This document shows positions 8,862 to 17,993 of a stretch of 64,000 bases of DNA, in pieces (the first letter of the stretch is position 1; each line of letters starts with the position of its first letter). Below the pieces are notes generated by a model, which saw nothing but the letters and a program-made list of their open reading frames with translations, made no database searches and had not been told where the DNA came from. The position numbers and the translations under genes are program-made. The stretch spans positions 64,001 to 128,000 of the forward strand of contig JAXMOL010000003.1 in assembly GCA_034669905.1 (NCBI GenBank). The letters run 5' to 3'. The DNA comes from Candidatus Hydrogenedentota bacterium. Lineage in GTDB: Bacteria > Hydrogenedentota > Hydrogenedentia > Hydrogenedentales > JAEUWI01.

Positions 8862-10679
8862 TTACGGGCGCACGTGGCTCTTCAGCGCTTTCTGGATGAA
8901 TTCCGAGAGGGTGGCGATAAGGTAGGGCTTTTCCAGATAGGCCGTAGGCCGCAACTCGGGCGGTGTGGACGGGCCATCGGTCTCATGATCCCCACTGGTA
9001 AGAATGACGGGGAAATCTGGCTTGTCTTTACGTATGGCGGCAAGGACTTCCCGGCCGTTCATGTTGGGCATGTTGACATCGACAATAGCCAGATCGAAGT
9101 TGCCGTCTGTTTCTTCCCACAACGCCATGGCCGCGCTGCCGCATTCGGCAGTAATCGGATGATAGCCGAGCTTCTTCAATATCGCCTGGCCGATATTGCG
9201 CACCATGGGCTCATCATCGACCAGCAGGATACGCGCCTTTCCGGTCTCCGCCAGGTTTTTCGGCGCCTGCACATCAGGCGTGGGAGGGGTGTCCTTATGG
9301 CGGCTCAGATAGGGCAGATAGAGGCTCACCGTCGTGCCGTGTTGCGGTGTACTTTGAATCTCCAACCACCCGTTGTGTTGGCGGGCGATCTGGCAGGCTG
9401 AGGTCAGGCCGAGCCCCGTACTTCCCGCTCGGGTCGTAAAAAACGGGTTTCGCGCATTTGCGACCACTTCGGGCAGCATTCCAATGCCATTGTCAGCGAC
9501 AAATACACGAATGAACAGGCCATCAACGGCATCGCCCCACGGCCCCGGTTCGGTGCTGCTGCGGCGGACCGTCTCGGCTCCCATACGAATCCAATTCTTC
9601 CGGTCCGTATCTTCGTTGGATGCTGCAGTAAGGGCATCAATGGCATTCATGCCCAGGTTGACCAGGGCCTGAAAGAGCCGCCCATGATCTCCCTGAAGTT
9701 CCGGTTCTTCGGATGGCGTGGAGAGCTCGATAGACGGACATTGGTCCTGATAGCCGGACAAGACCCCACGGACCTCCTCCAGTAATTTGAACAGTTTAAC
9801 GGGACCACTGACCCGCGGCGTGGTGGTCGCCTCGGAAAAGGACGTGAGCCGCTGGACAAAGGCCGCCCCTTCCTTGCCGGCATCCCGCGCTGCGATCAGG
9901 GCACCCCGCGCGGCTTCGAGACTCGTCTTTTCCAAGGCCTCCTCGACGGCATGGATGATTTTTTCCAGGCGGGTGTCGAGGGAGCGCGCCGTTTCACTGG
10001 CCATTTTCCCGATGGCATGCAGGCGCTCTGCGTGAAAGAAAAAGGGAGAATCTACAACGTGGCTGGGTGGGCCGTCGGTGGCCTGATCCGACACGGTGAC
10101 GCCATCCTTCGCCTGTGCAATCAACGCGCACAGGCGCCGGGCAATAAGCCAGGTCGTGTGTTCCCGATCGGGCGTAAAGGCTGCCGGGTCGCTGTGGCTC
10201 AGGTTCAGTACGCCGAAAAGGGTGTCGCCAACGACCAGCGGAAAACAAAGGAGAGAGCGGACGGCCACCGGGCTGTCCGAAACGGTGAGAAAACGGGGAT
10301 CGACCCGGGTGTCATCGATGCGCACCGATTGGCGGGTCTCCGCGACCATGCCGGCGATGCCTTCCCCCAGGGCGAAGGTCTTGCCAGCCCAGGCATCGGG
10401 TGCAATGGGGAAGCCCTGCAGGGAAAAACGGGTGCCCACCGCCGCGAGCCGCAAACAGCCCTGCCGGGCATCAAGCGTCATGACGGAGCATTGCTCGGCC
10501 CCTTCTTCCCGTGCGATCGCCCCGACAACCCGGGAAAGAATGTCTTCCACCGTCCGGCTCGCCGGATTCATCTCTTCGAGTAGACGCAGTATACCCAAAT
10601 CCCGCACGAGCGCTTCGTAGCGCAGGGCCAGCTGGGCGAGCGTTTCTTCTCGCAGTCTGTCTGATGGTGTGTCTTGCAT
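8862..10679 (-). CDS. GAF + histidine-kinase-like + receiver hybrid protein with a degenerate H-box
   Basis: GAF (GEGIAG..DPRF..PL..GVLNL); N/G1/F/G2 boxes; REC (DDE, D, K); start placed at MQDT (10679). Confidence 0.85.
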   Translation of the reverse strand: MQDTPSDRLREETLAQLALRYEALVRDLGILRLLEEMNPASRTVEDILSRVVGAIAREEGAEQCSVMTLDARQGCLRLAAVGTRFSLQGFPIAPDAWAGKTFALGEGIAGMVAETRQSVRIDDTRVDPRFLTVSDSPVAVRSLLCFPLVVGDTLFGVLNLSHSDPAAFTPDREHTTWLIARRLCALIAQAKDGVTVSDQATDGPPSHVVDSPFFFHAERLHAIGKMASETARSLDTRLEKIIHAVEEALEKTSLEAARGALIAARDAGKEGAAFVQRLTSFSEATTTPRVSGPVKLFKLLEEVRGVLSGYQDQCPSIELSTPSEEPELQGDHGRLFQALVNLGMNAIDALTAASNEDTDRKNWIRMGAETVRRSSTEPGPWGDAVDGLFIRVFVADNGIGMLPEVVANARNPFFTTRAGSTGLGLTSACQIARQHNGWLEIQSTPQHGTTVSLYLPYLSRHKDTPPTPDVQAPKNLAETGKARILLVDDEPMVRNIGQAILKKLGYHPITAECGSAAMALWEETDGNFDLAIVDVNMPNMNGREVLAAIRKDKPDFPVILTSGDHETDGPSTPPELRPTAYLEKPYLIATLSEFIQKALKSHVRP

Positions 10680-10702
10680 AGCTTGTAATACCCAATGCGC
10701 CC

Positions 10703-11575
10703 CTATGCGCCTTGTAACATGCCCAACAGCGCCCGGCCCTCTTCCTTCATCGTGCCCAGGGTTTCGCAAATTTCGACCACCTGCTCCACAGGCAGTCCGA
10801 TGCGTTCAATGCGGGCTTCGTGTAATTCGACGCCAGAGGTCTCCCCACCTTGGCCGAAATCAGCAATGCGCGCCATATCACTGGCGATTGAAATAATGAG
10901 CACTTCTTTGCGAAAAGGCCCGTCGTAAGATTCTGGCTCGTTGGTGTATTTCACGGAGGCGACGATAACTTCGGGGAAATTCCACCGTTGGGCCAACCAG
11001 CCAGCGACTTCGCTGTGATCGGTCCTCAGGGAGCGTTGTTCTACCAGGTAAAGCGGGGCCTCACTCTCGGCGGCTTTCTGGAGGACGACGGAATAATCAT
11101 CGCCCAGACTGAGGGCCAGGATATATTTGCCCAGGTCGTGGAGAAGGCCTGCCGTGAAACAGGCCTCCGGCATGGAAATCTCCGGTGTGCTGAAAGCCAG
11201 CAACTGGGCCGCCTTCGCACTGCCCAGCGCGTGCATCCAGAAGTCTTCGGGGTCGAGGCTGGACTGGGGCTTGCTCGCGAGACTGTCCAACACCGAGGTG
11301 GCCAGCGCCAACTGCTTTACCGCTTCAAAGCCAACGGTTACGATGGCGCGGTGGATACTGTCAATCTCAAATCGTGATCCAAAAAAGGGAGAGTTGGCGA
11401 GGCGCAGGATACGGGCAGAAATAATCGGATCGGCCGCGAGGATGGCCGTAATATCGTCAACACAGGATTTTCGGTCTTCCAGCACTTCCAGGACCCGGGT
11501 CATGACTTCGGGTAGGGTGGGTATCTTGCCGAGTGCGTGGATACGCTTCAGGGCATCGCTTTGTGTAAGCGTCAT
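10703..11575 (-). CDS. HDOD domain protein
   Basis: IPTLP, DPIISARILRLANS, FWMHAL, AGLLHDLGK and WNFP motifs. Confidence 0.9.
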   Translation of the reverse strand: MTLTQSDALKRIHALGKIPTLPEVMTRVLEVLEDRKSCVDDITAILAADPIISARILRLANSPFFGSRFEIDSIHRAIVTVGFEAVKQLALATSVLDSLASKPQSSLDPEDFWMHALGSAKAAQLLAFSTPEISMPEACFTAGLLHDLGKYILALSLGDDYSVVLQKAAESEAPLYLVEQRSLRTDHSEVAGWLAQRWNFPEVIVASVKYTNEPESYDGPFRKEVLIISIASDMARIADFGQGGETSGVELHEARIERIGLPVEQVVEICETLGTMKEEGRALLGMLQGA

Positions 11576-11950
11576 TCTTCCCTCTCGCTTCTATCTCTAC
11601 TCAAAGTTACCGCTACCGGTGTGTAGAGACTTACCCCACTGAAACACCCGCGACACCTTTAATTATACATGACATCGACGGATACAGCCAGTGATTTATG
11701 ATATAAAAGCCCCGTAAATACAGGGCTTTGTAATGTTGGCCATCAATGACAAACTCAACGTTTCTTCTGACCACATTCAAAGGGAAAATCGAGATCTTCG
11801 CAGGCTTTACAGCAAAAAGTATGGCCCATTCCGGGAATAATGTAAACCTAACGATCGGTAGTCTCCCGGGCAAAGGCCTCCTGTCTGCGGCCAAACAGCG
11901 ACGCAGGCCGGAAAAAGGCCTGGGCTAGCTCCGGGGCAGGGGTCGGGAAT

Positions 11951-12481
11951 TCATCCCGAGAACCGGGCGTCGTAGGTTGCGAGCAGTTCCCGGTGCACAC
12001 TGAAGGGCATGGTGGGCCGATCCCGGCGGGAGAAGAAGCGCAGGTCGAGGGCGTCGGTATCGGCCCGCATGGTTTCTTCTCCTTCCCATTCGTGCACGAT
12101 GAATCCCAATACCATGACCGCACCGGCATGGGGACTTTGCTTGGTGCTTACACCGAGGAGTTCTACCGCGCTCCCCCGTAGATTGGTTTCTTCCCGAAGT
12201 TCCCGAAGGGCCGCTTCTTCTGCAGTCTCCCCCAGCTCGATGAAGCCGCCGGGGAGCGTCCACTCGCCCTTGCAGGGTTCTACCGCGCGTTGGGTAAAGA
12301 GGAGTTCGTCGTGGCCCCGGGCGACAAAACAACAGGCGGCAGGAATCGGGTTGCGATAGTAGAAACGATTGCACGCTACGCAGTGGGGTTGGACACTCTG
12401 GCCGTCGTGGGTGGGCTCCAGACTTTTTCCGCAGGTGCCGCAAAAATTCCACGCAAAGGGTTTTGGTACTTGATAAGACAT
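11951..12481 (-). CDS. NUDIX hydrolase with N-terminal zinc ribbon
   Basis: FCGTCG..CVAC..YRNP and Nudix box [22 protein letters not shown]. Confidence 0.9.
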   Translation of the reverse strand: MSYQVPKPFAWNFCGTCGKSLEPTHDGQSVQPHCVACNRFYYRNPIPAACCFVARGHDELLFTQRAVEPCKGEWTLPGGFIELGETAEEAALRELREETNLRGSAVELLGVSTKQSPHAGAVMVLGFIVHEWEGEETMRADTDALDLRFFSRRDRPTMPFSVHRELLATYDARFSG

Positions 12482-12649
12482 CTTGCTATGCTAGCAAGGT
12501 GCATGACACGGTGCAACATCTGCCTCGCCCGCGCACGAATAAATGAGAGGTGCCGGGAGTAGAATATCTCAGAGCGCGGTGCGGCGAGCGGATGAACACG
12601 TACCGTATAGGACGTGGTTTGTGGGAGCGCGTGTGTCGGGGAGATCGTC

Positions 12650-13546
12650 ATGGGATTGACGGAGGGAAAAGAGGATTTCGCGGAGGCCGACCGGCTCTTT
12701 CGCCGTGGCCAGTATGCCGATGCACTCCGTCGGCTTGAGCACCTGAATGCGGCGTACCCCAACACGAAGAATGTGCTCTATCCCATGGCCCTGTGTTTAG
12801 AGCGCCTGGGCCGCTCCGATAAGGCCCTGCCGATTTGCACTATGCTTATCCAGCAATTCCGAGATCCCCGCGCCCGGGAGATGCAGCTCCGTCTGCGTCC
12901 TTCTCTGATGGATACGCCGCTGGATTCGCTGGACATTGAGGGAGAATACGAACTGCCTGATCTGGGGCCGATTACTACGGTGCCCGTTCCGCTGCAGGAG
13001 GAAGAAGAGCCGCCACCCTGGCGGACACCCCTGCTGTTGGGTGGGGCGCTGGTGATCGTAACCCTCATTCTACTGCTGCCGTTCTTCCTGGAGTTCCTGG
13101 GCTTAAAGGAGCCCCCATCCCCCTCCACCCCCTCGTCCCAATCGGTCTCGCTTTTTCAGTTGGGTGTCTTTATGATCAGTTTCATGGTCTTTCAGGGCCT
13201 GGGGACGGGGGTGGCCGCCCTGGCCATCGGCACCGTGAACAAACTCCCTTCCAACAGTATATCGGGGGTTCTTCTTCATGTGGGGAGTACCTTGCTCGGG
13301 GCCAATATTGCCTCGGCCATCATCAGCCTGATTCTAACCGTGGTCGCCCCCCTCGATTTGCTGCTGACCATGTTTGTCGTGGAACACGTGGTGATGATGG
13401 TGGTCTTCTCAGTGGTCTACCGGTTTCGCATTGGTGATGGCATCGTGTTTCTCTTGTTCTTCTCGATTTTCATGTGCGTAGCGACCTTCATCGTTGCTAT
13501 AGTGTTCGGGACAGGTATCGGGGTAGTTGCGGTCCTGTCTTCTTAA
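12650..13546 (+). CDS. TPR-like domain + multi-pass membrane protein (paralog 1)
   Basis: N-terminal TPR-like helices (ADRLFRRGQYADAL..YPN..YPMALCLERLGR); several C-terminal TM segments. Confidence 0.75.
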   Translation: MGLTEGKEDFAEADRLFRRGQYADALRRLEHLNAAYPNTKNVLYPMALCLERLGRSDKALPICTMLIQQFRDPRAREMQLRLRPSLMDTPLDSLDIEGEYELPDLGPITTVPVPLQEEEEPPPWRTPLLLGGALVIVTLILLLPFFLEFLGLKEPPSPSTPSSQSVSLFQLGVFMISFMVFQGLGTGVAALAIGTVNKLPSNSISGVLLHVGSTLLGANIASAIISLILTVVAPLDLLLTMFVVEHVVMMVVFSVVYRFRIGDGIVFLLFFSIFMCVATFIVAIVFGTGIGVVAVLSS

Positions 13547-13641
13547 TCGGCGTGGGAGTGCCGAAGTTCCGGTAGTTGAATGCCGGGTTTTATTGAGGCG
13601 TGGTCAATGAAGAAGCGGGGGCATATGGAGGGTTTGGGGAA

Positions 13642-14523
13642 ATGGACGCGACGACGAGTAAGGCCAAATTCCAGGAGGCCGATCAGCTGTTTCGGGATGC
13701 CCGGTATCAAGAGGCACTGACCCTGCTGGAGGACCTGAACCAGCATTACCCCAACGCGAAAAACATTATGTATCCGGCGGCCATGTGTCTGGATAAGCTG
13801 GGGCGTTCCCAAGAGGCCTTGCCCCTCTGTAATCATCTGATTCAAAGCTTTCAGGATCCACGGGCGGAAGCGCTGAAGGCGGATATCGAAGGGCGGTCCA
13901 TGAGTTCGTCCCTGGATAGCATGTATGAGATGGGCGGATTAAACACCGACGTGTTGAGCGGTGGTGCCGATATTCTCGATATCCCAACCACGACCACGCG
14001 CTACAAGCCCGTCGAGCCCGAAGGGATTCCCTGGTTGAAATATGGGCTCATCGCCTTGGGGGTTGTGGCCGTGCTGCTGGTGCTCATCGTGCCCGTGATG
14101 ACCTACGAGGCGCCGCCACCCGAAGATATTCCGACGACGGTGGCGGAAGACGCGCCTGTCAATACCACCGCGATTTATGCTGGTGCGCTGGCGTTCTTTG
14201 CCTGCGTGGTCGTGTTTCAGGCCGCTGGCGCCTATCTGGCCCTCATGCTCATGCGGGCCCTGCCCCATGAAGACTTTTTGAGCAATGCCTTCAACCTCTT
14301 TATCAGTCTTTTTCTGGCCTCCATATTGGAGGGCTCCCTCTTCGGTATCTTTCTGACGGGACTCTACTTTGCCAAGGCCTACGATCTGGGCTTCGGTGGG
14401 ATCGTGATCCTCTATATCGCCCGTATCGTTTTCGGCGTGGTCGGATTTATTCTCGGTGCCATGATATTTGCCAGTAGTTTCGCCTACGTCGTCCAATCCA
14501 ATGGTGGCTTCGCGCCGGTCTAG
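13642..14523 (+). CDS. TPR-like domain + multi-pass membrane protein (paralog 2)
   Basis: N-terminal domain clearly homologous to 12650-13546; C-terminal TM segments. Confidence 0.75.
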   Translation: MDATTSKAKFQEADQLFRDARYQEALTLLEDLNQHYPNAKNIMYPAAMCLDKLGRSQEALPLCNHLIQSFQDPRAEALKADIEGRSMSSSLDSMYEMGGLNTDVLSGGADILDIPTTTTRYKPVEPEGIPWLKYGLIALGVVAVLLVLIVPVMTYEAPPPEDIPTTVAEDAPVNTTAIYAGALAFFACVVVFQAAGAYLALMLMRALPHEDFLSNAFNLFISLFLASILEGSLFGIFLTGLYFAKAYDLGFGGIVILYIARIVFGVVGFILGAMIFASSFAYVVQSNGGFAPV

Positions 14524-14664
14524 TTCGGACAGGAAACCCTGCGGTGACGTTTTGTGTCGTGGTCGTGGGGGCGTGGCTACGACCCGAGCGGCGGTCGCGT
14601 GGGAGCGGGTGGCACAATAACCCGCTGTGCTACATTGCTTGCCCCTCAATGGCCCACGAACCCC

Positions 14665-14704
14665 AAAAAAGAACGCGCAGGCTTCCAGTATGGATGCCTG
14701 CGCG
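14665..14704 (-). terminator. Probable terminator of the FAD/Fe-S oxidoreductase gene
   Basis: CGCGCAGGC.TCCA/TGGA.GCCTGCGCG hairpin with an adjacent A-run on +. Confidence 0.55.
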
Positions 14705-14721
14705 CCCTCAACTTTTTTGAA

Positions 14722-17547
14722 TCAGGCCAGGCGACTCGCCAGCAATTCCGCCATGTGGAGGGGTTCTCGGTCGCCCAGGTGGGTGATCTGATGGCGGCAA
14801 CTGGTGCCCGAGGCCACCAGCGTGGTGTCCGCTTCCAATTCGGCAACCTGCTTGAGCAAGGGGGCCGCCACCTGTTTGGATAGTTCGTACTTGGCTTCCA
14901 TGCTGCCAAAGGCACCGGCCATGCCGCAGCACCCGGTGTCCAGGAGGCGCACGTCATTCTGTGGAATGGCTGCTGCCACTTGCGTCATGGCACTGGCCTT
15001 GGTTAAGGCCTTGGCGTGGCAGTGGCCATGAATGGCCGTCTTCATGGGTTCGTCCCGGAAGGTCAGCGCATCGGGCTCCCGCTGCAGCAAGTCGGCCATG
15101 AAATGTTCAAAGAGTTGGCAGCGTGTGGCCACGTCTTCGGCACCGTCGATCCCCAGCTCGCGGTAGTCCTCGGCAAACATGGAGTAGCACGAGGGCTCGA
15201 GGAAAATGACGGGGGCCTCAGACTGGCCGAGCAAGGCGAGGTTCTTTTCGCCGAAAGTTCTTGCCAGATCCAGGCGGCCGGTGCTGAAGGCGGGGCGGCC
15301 GCAACAGGCCCGCTGGGTCAGGAGCTCTACGGTGAAGCCAGCGGCTTCCAGCACCTTGACGGCGGCCTTTCCAATATTGGGTTCGTTGTGGCGCACAAAG
15401 CAGTCATCCCAGAGATAGACGGTGCCACGCTCGCCGGGCACGGTGGGGCGGCTATGCTTCTGAAACCACACGTCGAAGCGTTCGAGGGCATAGGGGGGGA
15501 GCGGTCGTTCCAAGGCGAAGCCTGCGAAGCGAAGCAGGAGCTTCCGGACCCACAGCCACTTCATGGTGGCATTGGCCATTCGGGGCGTAAGACTGGCCAG
15601 GGTGCCAAGCAGATCGACCCGACTGATCATGCGCGTTGCAAGGGATACCCCAAACTTGCGCTGTCGGGCATGCAGCAATTCGGCCTTCAGCAAGGCCATA
15701 TTCACATTGGAGGGGCACTCGGTCGTGCAGGCCTTGCAGGAGAGACAATTGCTCAAGGCGCTTTCGAGGGATTCCGAAAGCAAGGGGTCCTGGTCGGCAT
15801 CCAGACGGCCTTCCAACACGGCGCGAATGGTGTTCGCCCGGCCGCGGGTCGCCATCACATCTTCGCCGGTGGCGAGGAAGGTGGGGCACATGGTGGGGGT
15901 GGGCTTACGGCAGCCGCCACAACCATTGCACTGCTCAAGGTTGCCCACGAAAGAGCCATCCTTTGCGGCGAACTTCAGTACCGGCGTGAAGGGAAGCTCG
16001 GTCATCTTGGAACCAGCCCCCTGGCGGAGGTTGGTGTCAATGGCATAGCGGTCGTCGGGGAAGAGCTTGCCCGGATTCATCACCGACTGGGGGTCGAAGT
16101 GGGCCTTGATCTGGCGCATGACGTCAATCAGCTCGGGGCCAATGTGTTCGTCCATGTACTCCGTGCGGGCAATGCCCACGCCGTGCTCGGCCGCCAATGC
16201 GCCCTTAAACTGGAGCGTCAGGGCGGAGACCCCATCGCAGAGACTGCGGAATTTCTTGATGTCGCCCGCGTCATGGAGATCGACGACGGGGCGCACGTGG
16301 AGCAGTCCGGAAGCGGCGTGTCCGTAGAAGGAGCCCACGAGGCCCATGGGCTCCATGAGGGACTGGAGTCCGGCGACATAGTCGGGCAATTTATCCGGCG
16401 GTACGGCCACGTCTTCAATGCCGGCCGTGGGCTTGGCGTCGCCTTTGCACCCCGTGAGCAGGGAAAGGCCCGACTTGCGCAGATTGAGAATGTGGGCCTG
16501 GTCAGCGGCGTCGCGACACATCCGCTTGCGGAGTCCCACGTTTTTCTTTTCGAGGGCGGCGAATTTGTCTTCCACGTCGCCATAGAACTCGACCAGCAAG
16601 ACGGACTTACAGGGCTTGTCGTCCAGCTCCAGGAAGTCGCGGGCTGCCTGAAACTGAAGCTGGCCCCGGGTCTGGTCGAAGAGGACATCGTCGATGTGTT
16701 CGATGGCCGCCGCACCCAGATCCAGCAGTTCGACCGTGGCCTGCATGGCTTCCATCACGGTGGCAAAGAAGATGAGCCCAATGCCCTTTTCTTCCGGCAG
16801 GGGAACCAGATCCAACTCGGCAGAGAAGACGGCCGCGAGGGTGCCCTCGGCCCCACCGAAGACCTTGGCAAAGTTGCCGCCAGAGCGCAAATAGCGATCC
16901 AGGCCATAGCCCGGCCAGCGTTTGATAATACCCGTGTGAAAGCGGGATTCGATTTCGCCGCGATGCCCTTCTATCAGGGCCTTCAATTCCGGGAAGGGTT
17001 CCGGAGCGTCGTCCCGGAGCCCTATGGTTTCCATGTGGCCATCGGGGTAGACCACATCGAGAGAGCGCACATGGTCAATGGTCGTGCCGTAAAGGGGCAC
17101 CCGCGCACCGGAGGAGTTGTTACCAATCATGCCGCCCAGGCTCGCCCGCGAGCTGGTGGCCACGTCGGGCCCAAAGGCCAGTCCATGGGGCTTGAGGAAG
17201 GCATTGAGTTCGTCCAGGACGACGCCTGCCCCCACCCGCACCGTGCGTGCGTCCACATTCAGCTCGCTGATGAGTTTGTTGTGGCGGGCCAGATCGACAA
17301 TGATGCCATCACCAATGGCGCCCCCGGCCAGCCCCGTCCCGGAACCCCGAGGGGTCACGGGAATACCCGCGTCGCGGAGGGCGGGAAGAAGGGTCGCCAC
17401 ATCTTCCATGCGTTTCGGAAAGGCCACGCCCTGGGGCACGATCTGATAGATCGATGCGTCGGTGGCATAGAGCTGACGGGTATGATCGTCAAAGCGAATT
17501 TCGCAGGAGGTGGCGTTTTCCAGGGACTGTTGCAGCGTCGTGGCCAT
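14722..17547 (-). CDS. FAD-binding and Fe-S-binding oxidoreductase (GlcD/GlcF fusion, YdiJ-like 2-hydroxyacid dehydrogenase)
   Basis: PRGSGTGLAGG, GGMIGNNSSG, AEHGVG, CNGCGGC, CLSCKACTTECP and CCG motifs. Confidence 0.9.
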   Translation of the reverse strand: MATTLQQSLENATSCEIRFDDHTRQLYATDASIYQIVPQGVAFPKRMEDVATLLPALRDAGIPVTPRGSGTGLAGGAIGDGIIVDLARHNKLISELNVDARTVRVGAGVVLDELNAFLKPHGLAFGPDVATSSRASLGGMIGNNSSGARVPLYGTTIDHVRSLDVVYPDGHMETIGLRDDAPEPFPELKALIEGHRGEIESRFHTGIIKRWPGYGLDRYLRSGGNFAKVFGGAEGTLAAVFSAELDLVPLPEEKGIGLIFFATVMEAMQATVELLDLGAAAIEHIDDVLFDQTRGQLQFQAARDFLELDDKPCKSVLLVEFYGDVEDKFAALEKKNVGLRKRMCRDAADQAHILNLRKSGLSLLTGCKGDAKPTAGIEDVAVPPDKLPDYVAGLQSLMEPMGLVGSFYGHAASGLLHVRPVVDLHDAGDIKKFRSLCDGVSALTLQFKGALAAEHGVGIARTEYMDEHIGPELIDVMRQIKAHFDPQSVMNPGKLFPDDRYAIDTNLRQGAGSKMTELPFTPVLKFAAKDGSFVGNLEQCNGCGGCRKPTPTMCPTFLATGEDVMATRGRANTIRAVLEGRLDADQDPLLSESLESALSNCLSCKACTTECPSNVNMALLKAELLHARQRKFGVSLATRMISRVDLLGTLASLTPRMANATMKWLWVRKLLLRFAGFALERPLPPYALERFDVWFQKHSRPTVPGERGTVYLWDDCFVRHNEPNIGKAAVKVLEAAGFTVELLTQRACCGRPAFSTGRLDLARTFGEKNLALLGQSEAPVIFLEPSCYSMFAEDYRELGIDGAEDVATRCQLFEHFMADLLQREPDALTFRDEPMKTAIHGHCHAKALTKASAMTQVAAAIPQNDVRLLDTGCCGMAGAFGSMEAKYELSKQVAAPLLKQVAELEADTTLVASGTSCRHQITHLGDREPLHMAELLASRLA

Positions 17548-17751
17548 GGGTCTACTCTTGGGGTTACTTCGCGATTGGTGTGGGATAGGTCGGCCCGGTC
17601 GGGGCGAAACCACAGGGGCATATTGTACTATACGCGGACCGGCCGGTGGAATCTGAGGGGCGGTGATTGACGGCAATCGCAATTGAACTTGCTCAATTAC
17701 AGACAAGAACCGTCAGGTCGTGCCACGCGCGTCTCAATGGGTGGACCCTAT

Positions 17752-17887
17752 GGAGTGCGTCAGCTTGCGTGTCCTCGCAGGGAGTGAGCGTGCTCACGGC
17801 ATAGGCCGGGTAGGTGGAAACTCAATGCACGACCAGGGGTGGGGAGCAAGCTTTCGGGGGAAAAGCGGCAGCAAGCTGCTGCACTCC
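17752..17887. repeat. REP-like inverted pair GGAGTGC..CAGCTTGC / GCAAGCTG..GCACTCC
   Basis: 17752-17768 vs the reverse complement of 17871-17887, 15/17 identical. Confidence 0.6.
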
Positions 17888-17938
17888 CGGGAGTCGTCAT
17901 ATCACACCGGGCTTCCCCGAAATTAAGTCACGTGCCAT

Positions 17939-17974
17939 AAAAAACAGGCAGCCCGTCGTAGAACGGACTGCCTG
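17939..17974 (-). terminator. Intrinsic terminator of the amino acid carrier gene
   Basis: Minus strand CAGGCAGTCCGT-loop-ACGGGCTGCCTG followed by TTTTTT. Confidence 0.75.
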
Positions 17975-17993
17975 CAGGTGGCGTTAATCGATG

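Noticed and set aside
11580..11950. AT-rich gap with short ORFs and an AAAGCCC/GGGCTTT hairpin
   Set aside because: ORFs lack an RBS and codon bias; most simply the regulatory region of the HDOD operon, and I could not place a promoter
15016..17670. 884-aa plus-strand ORF
   Set aside because: Antisense shadow of the FAD/Fe-S oxidoreductase
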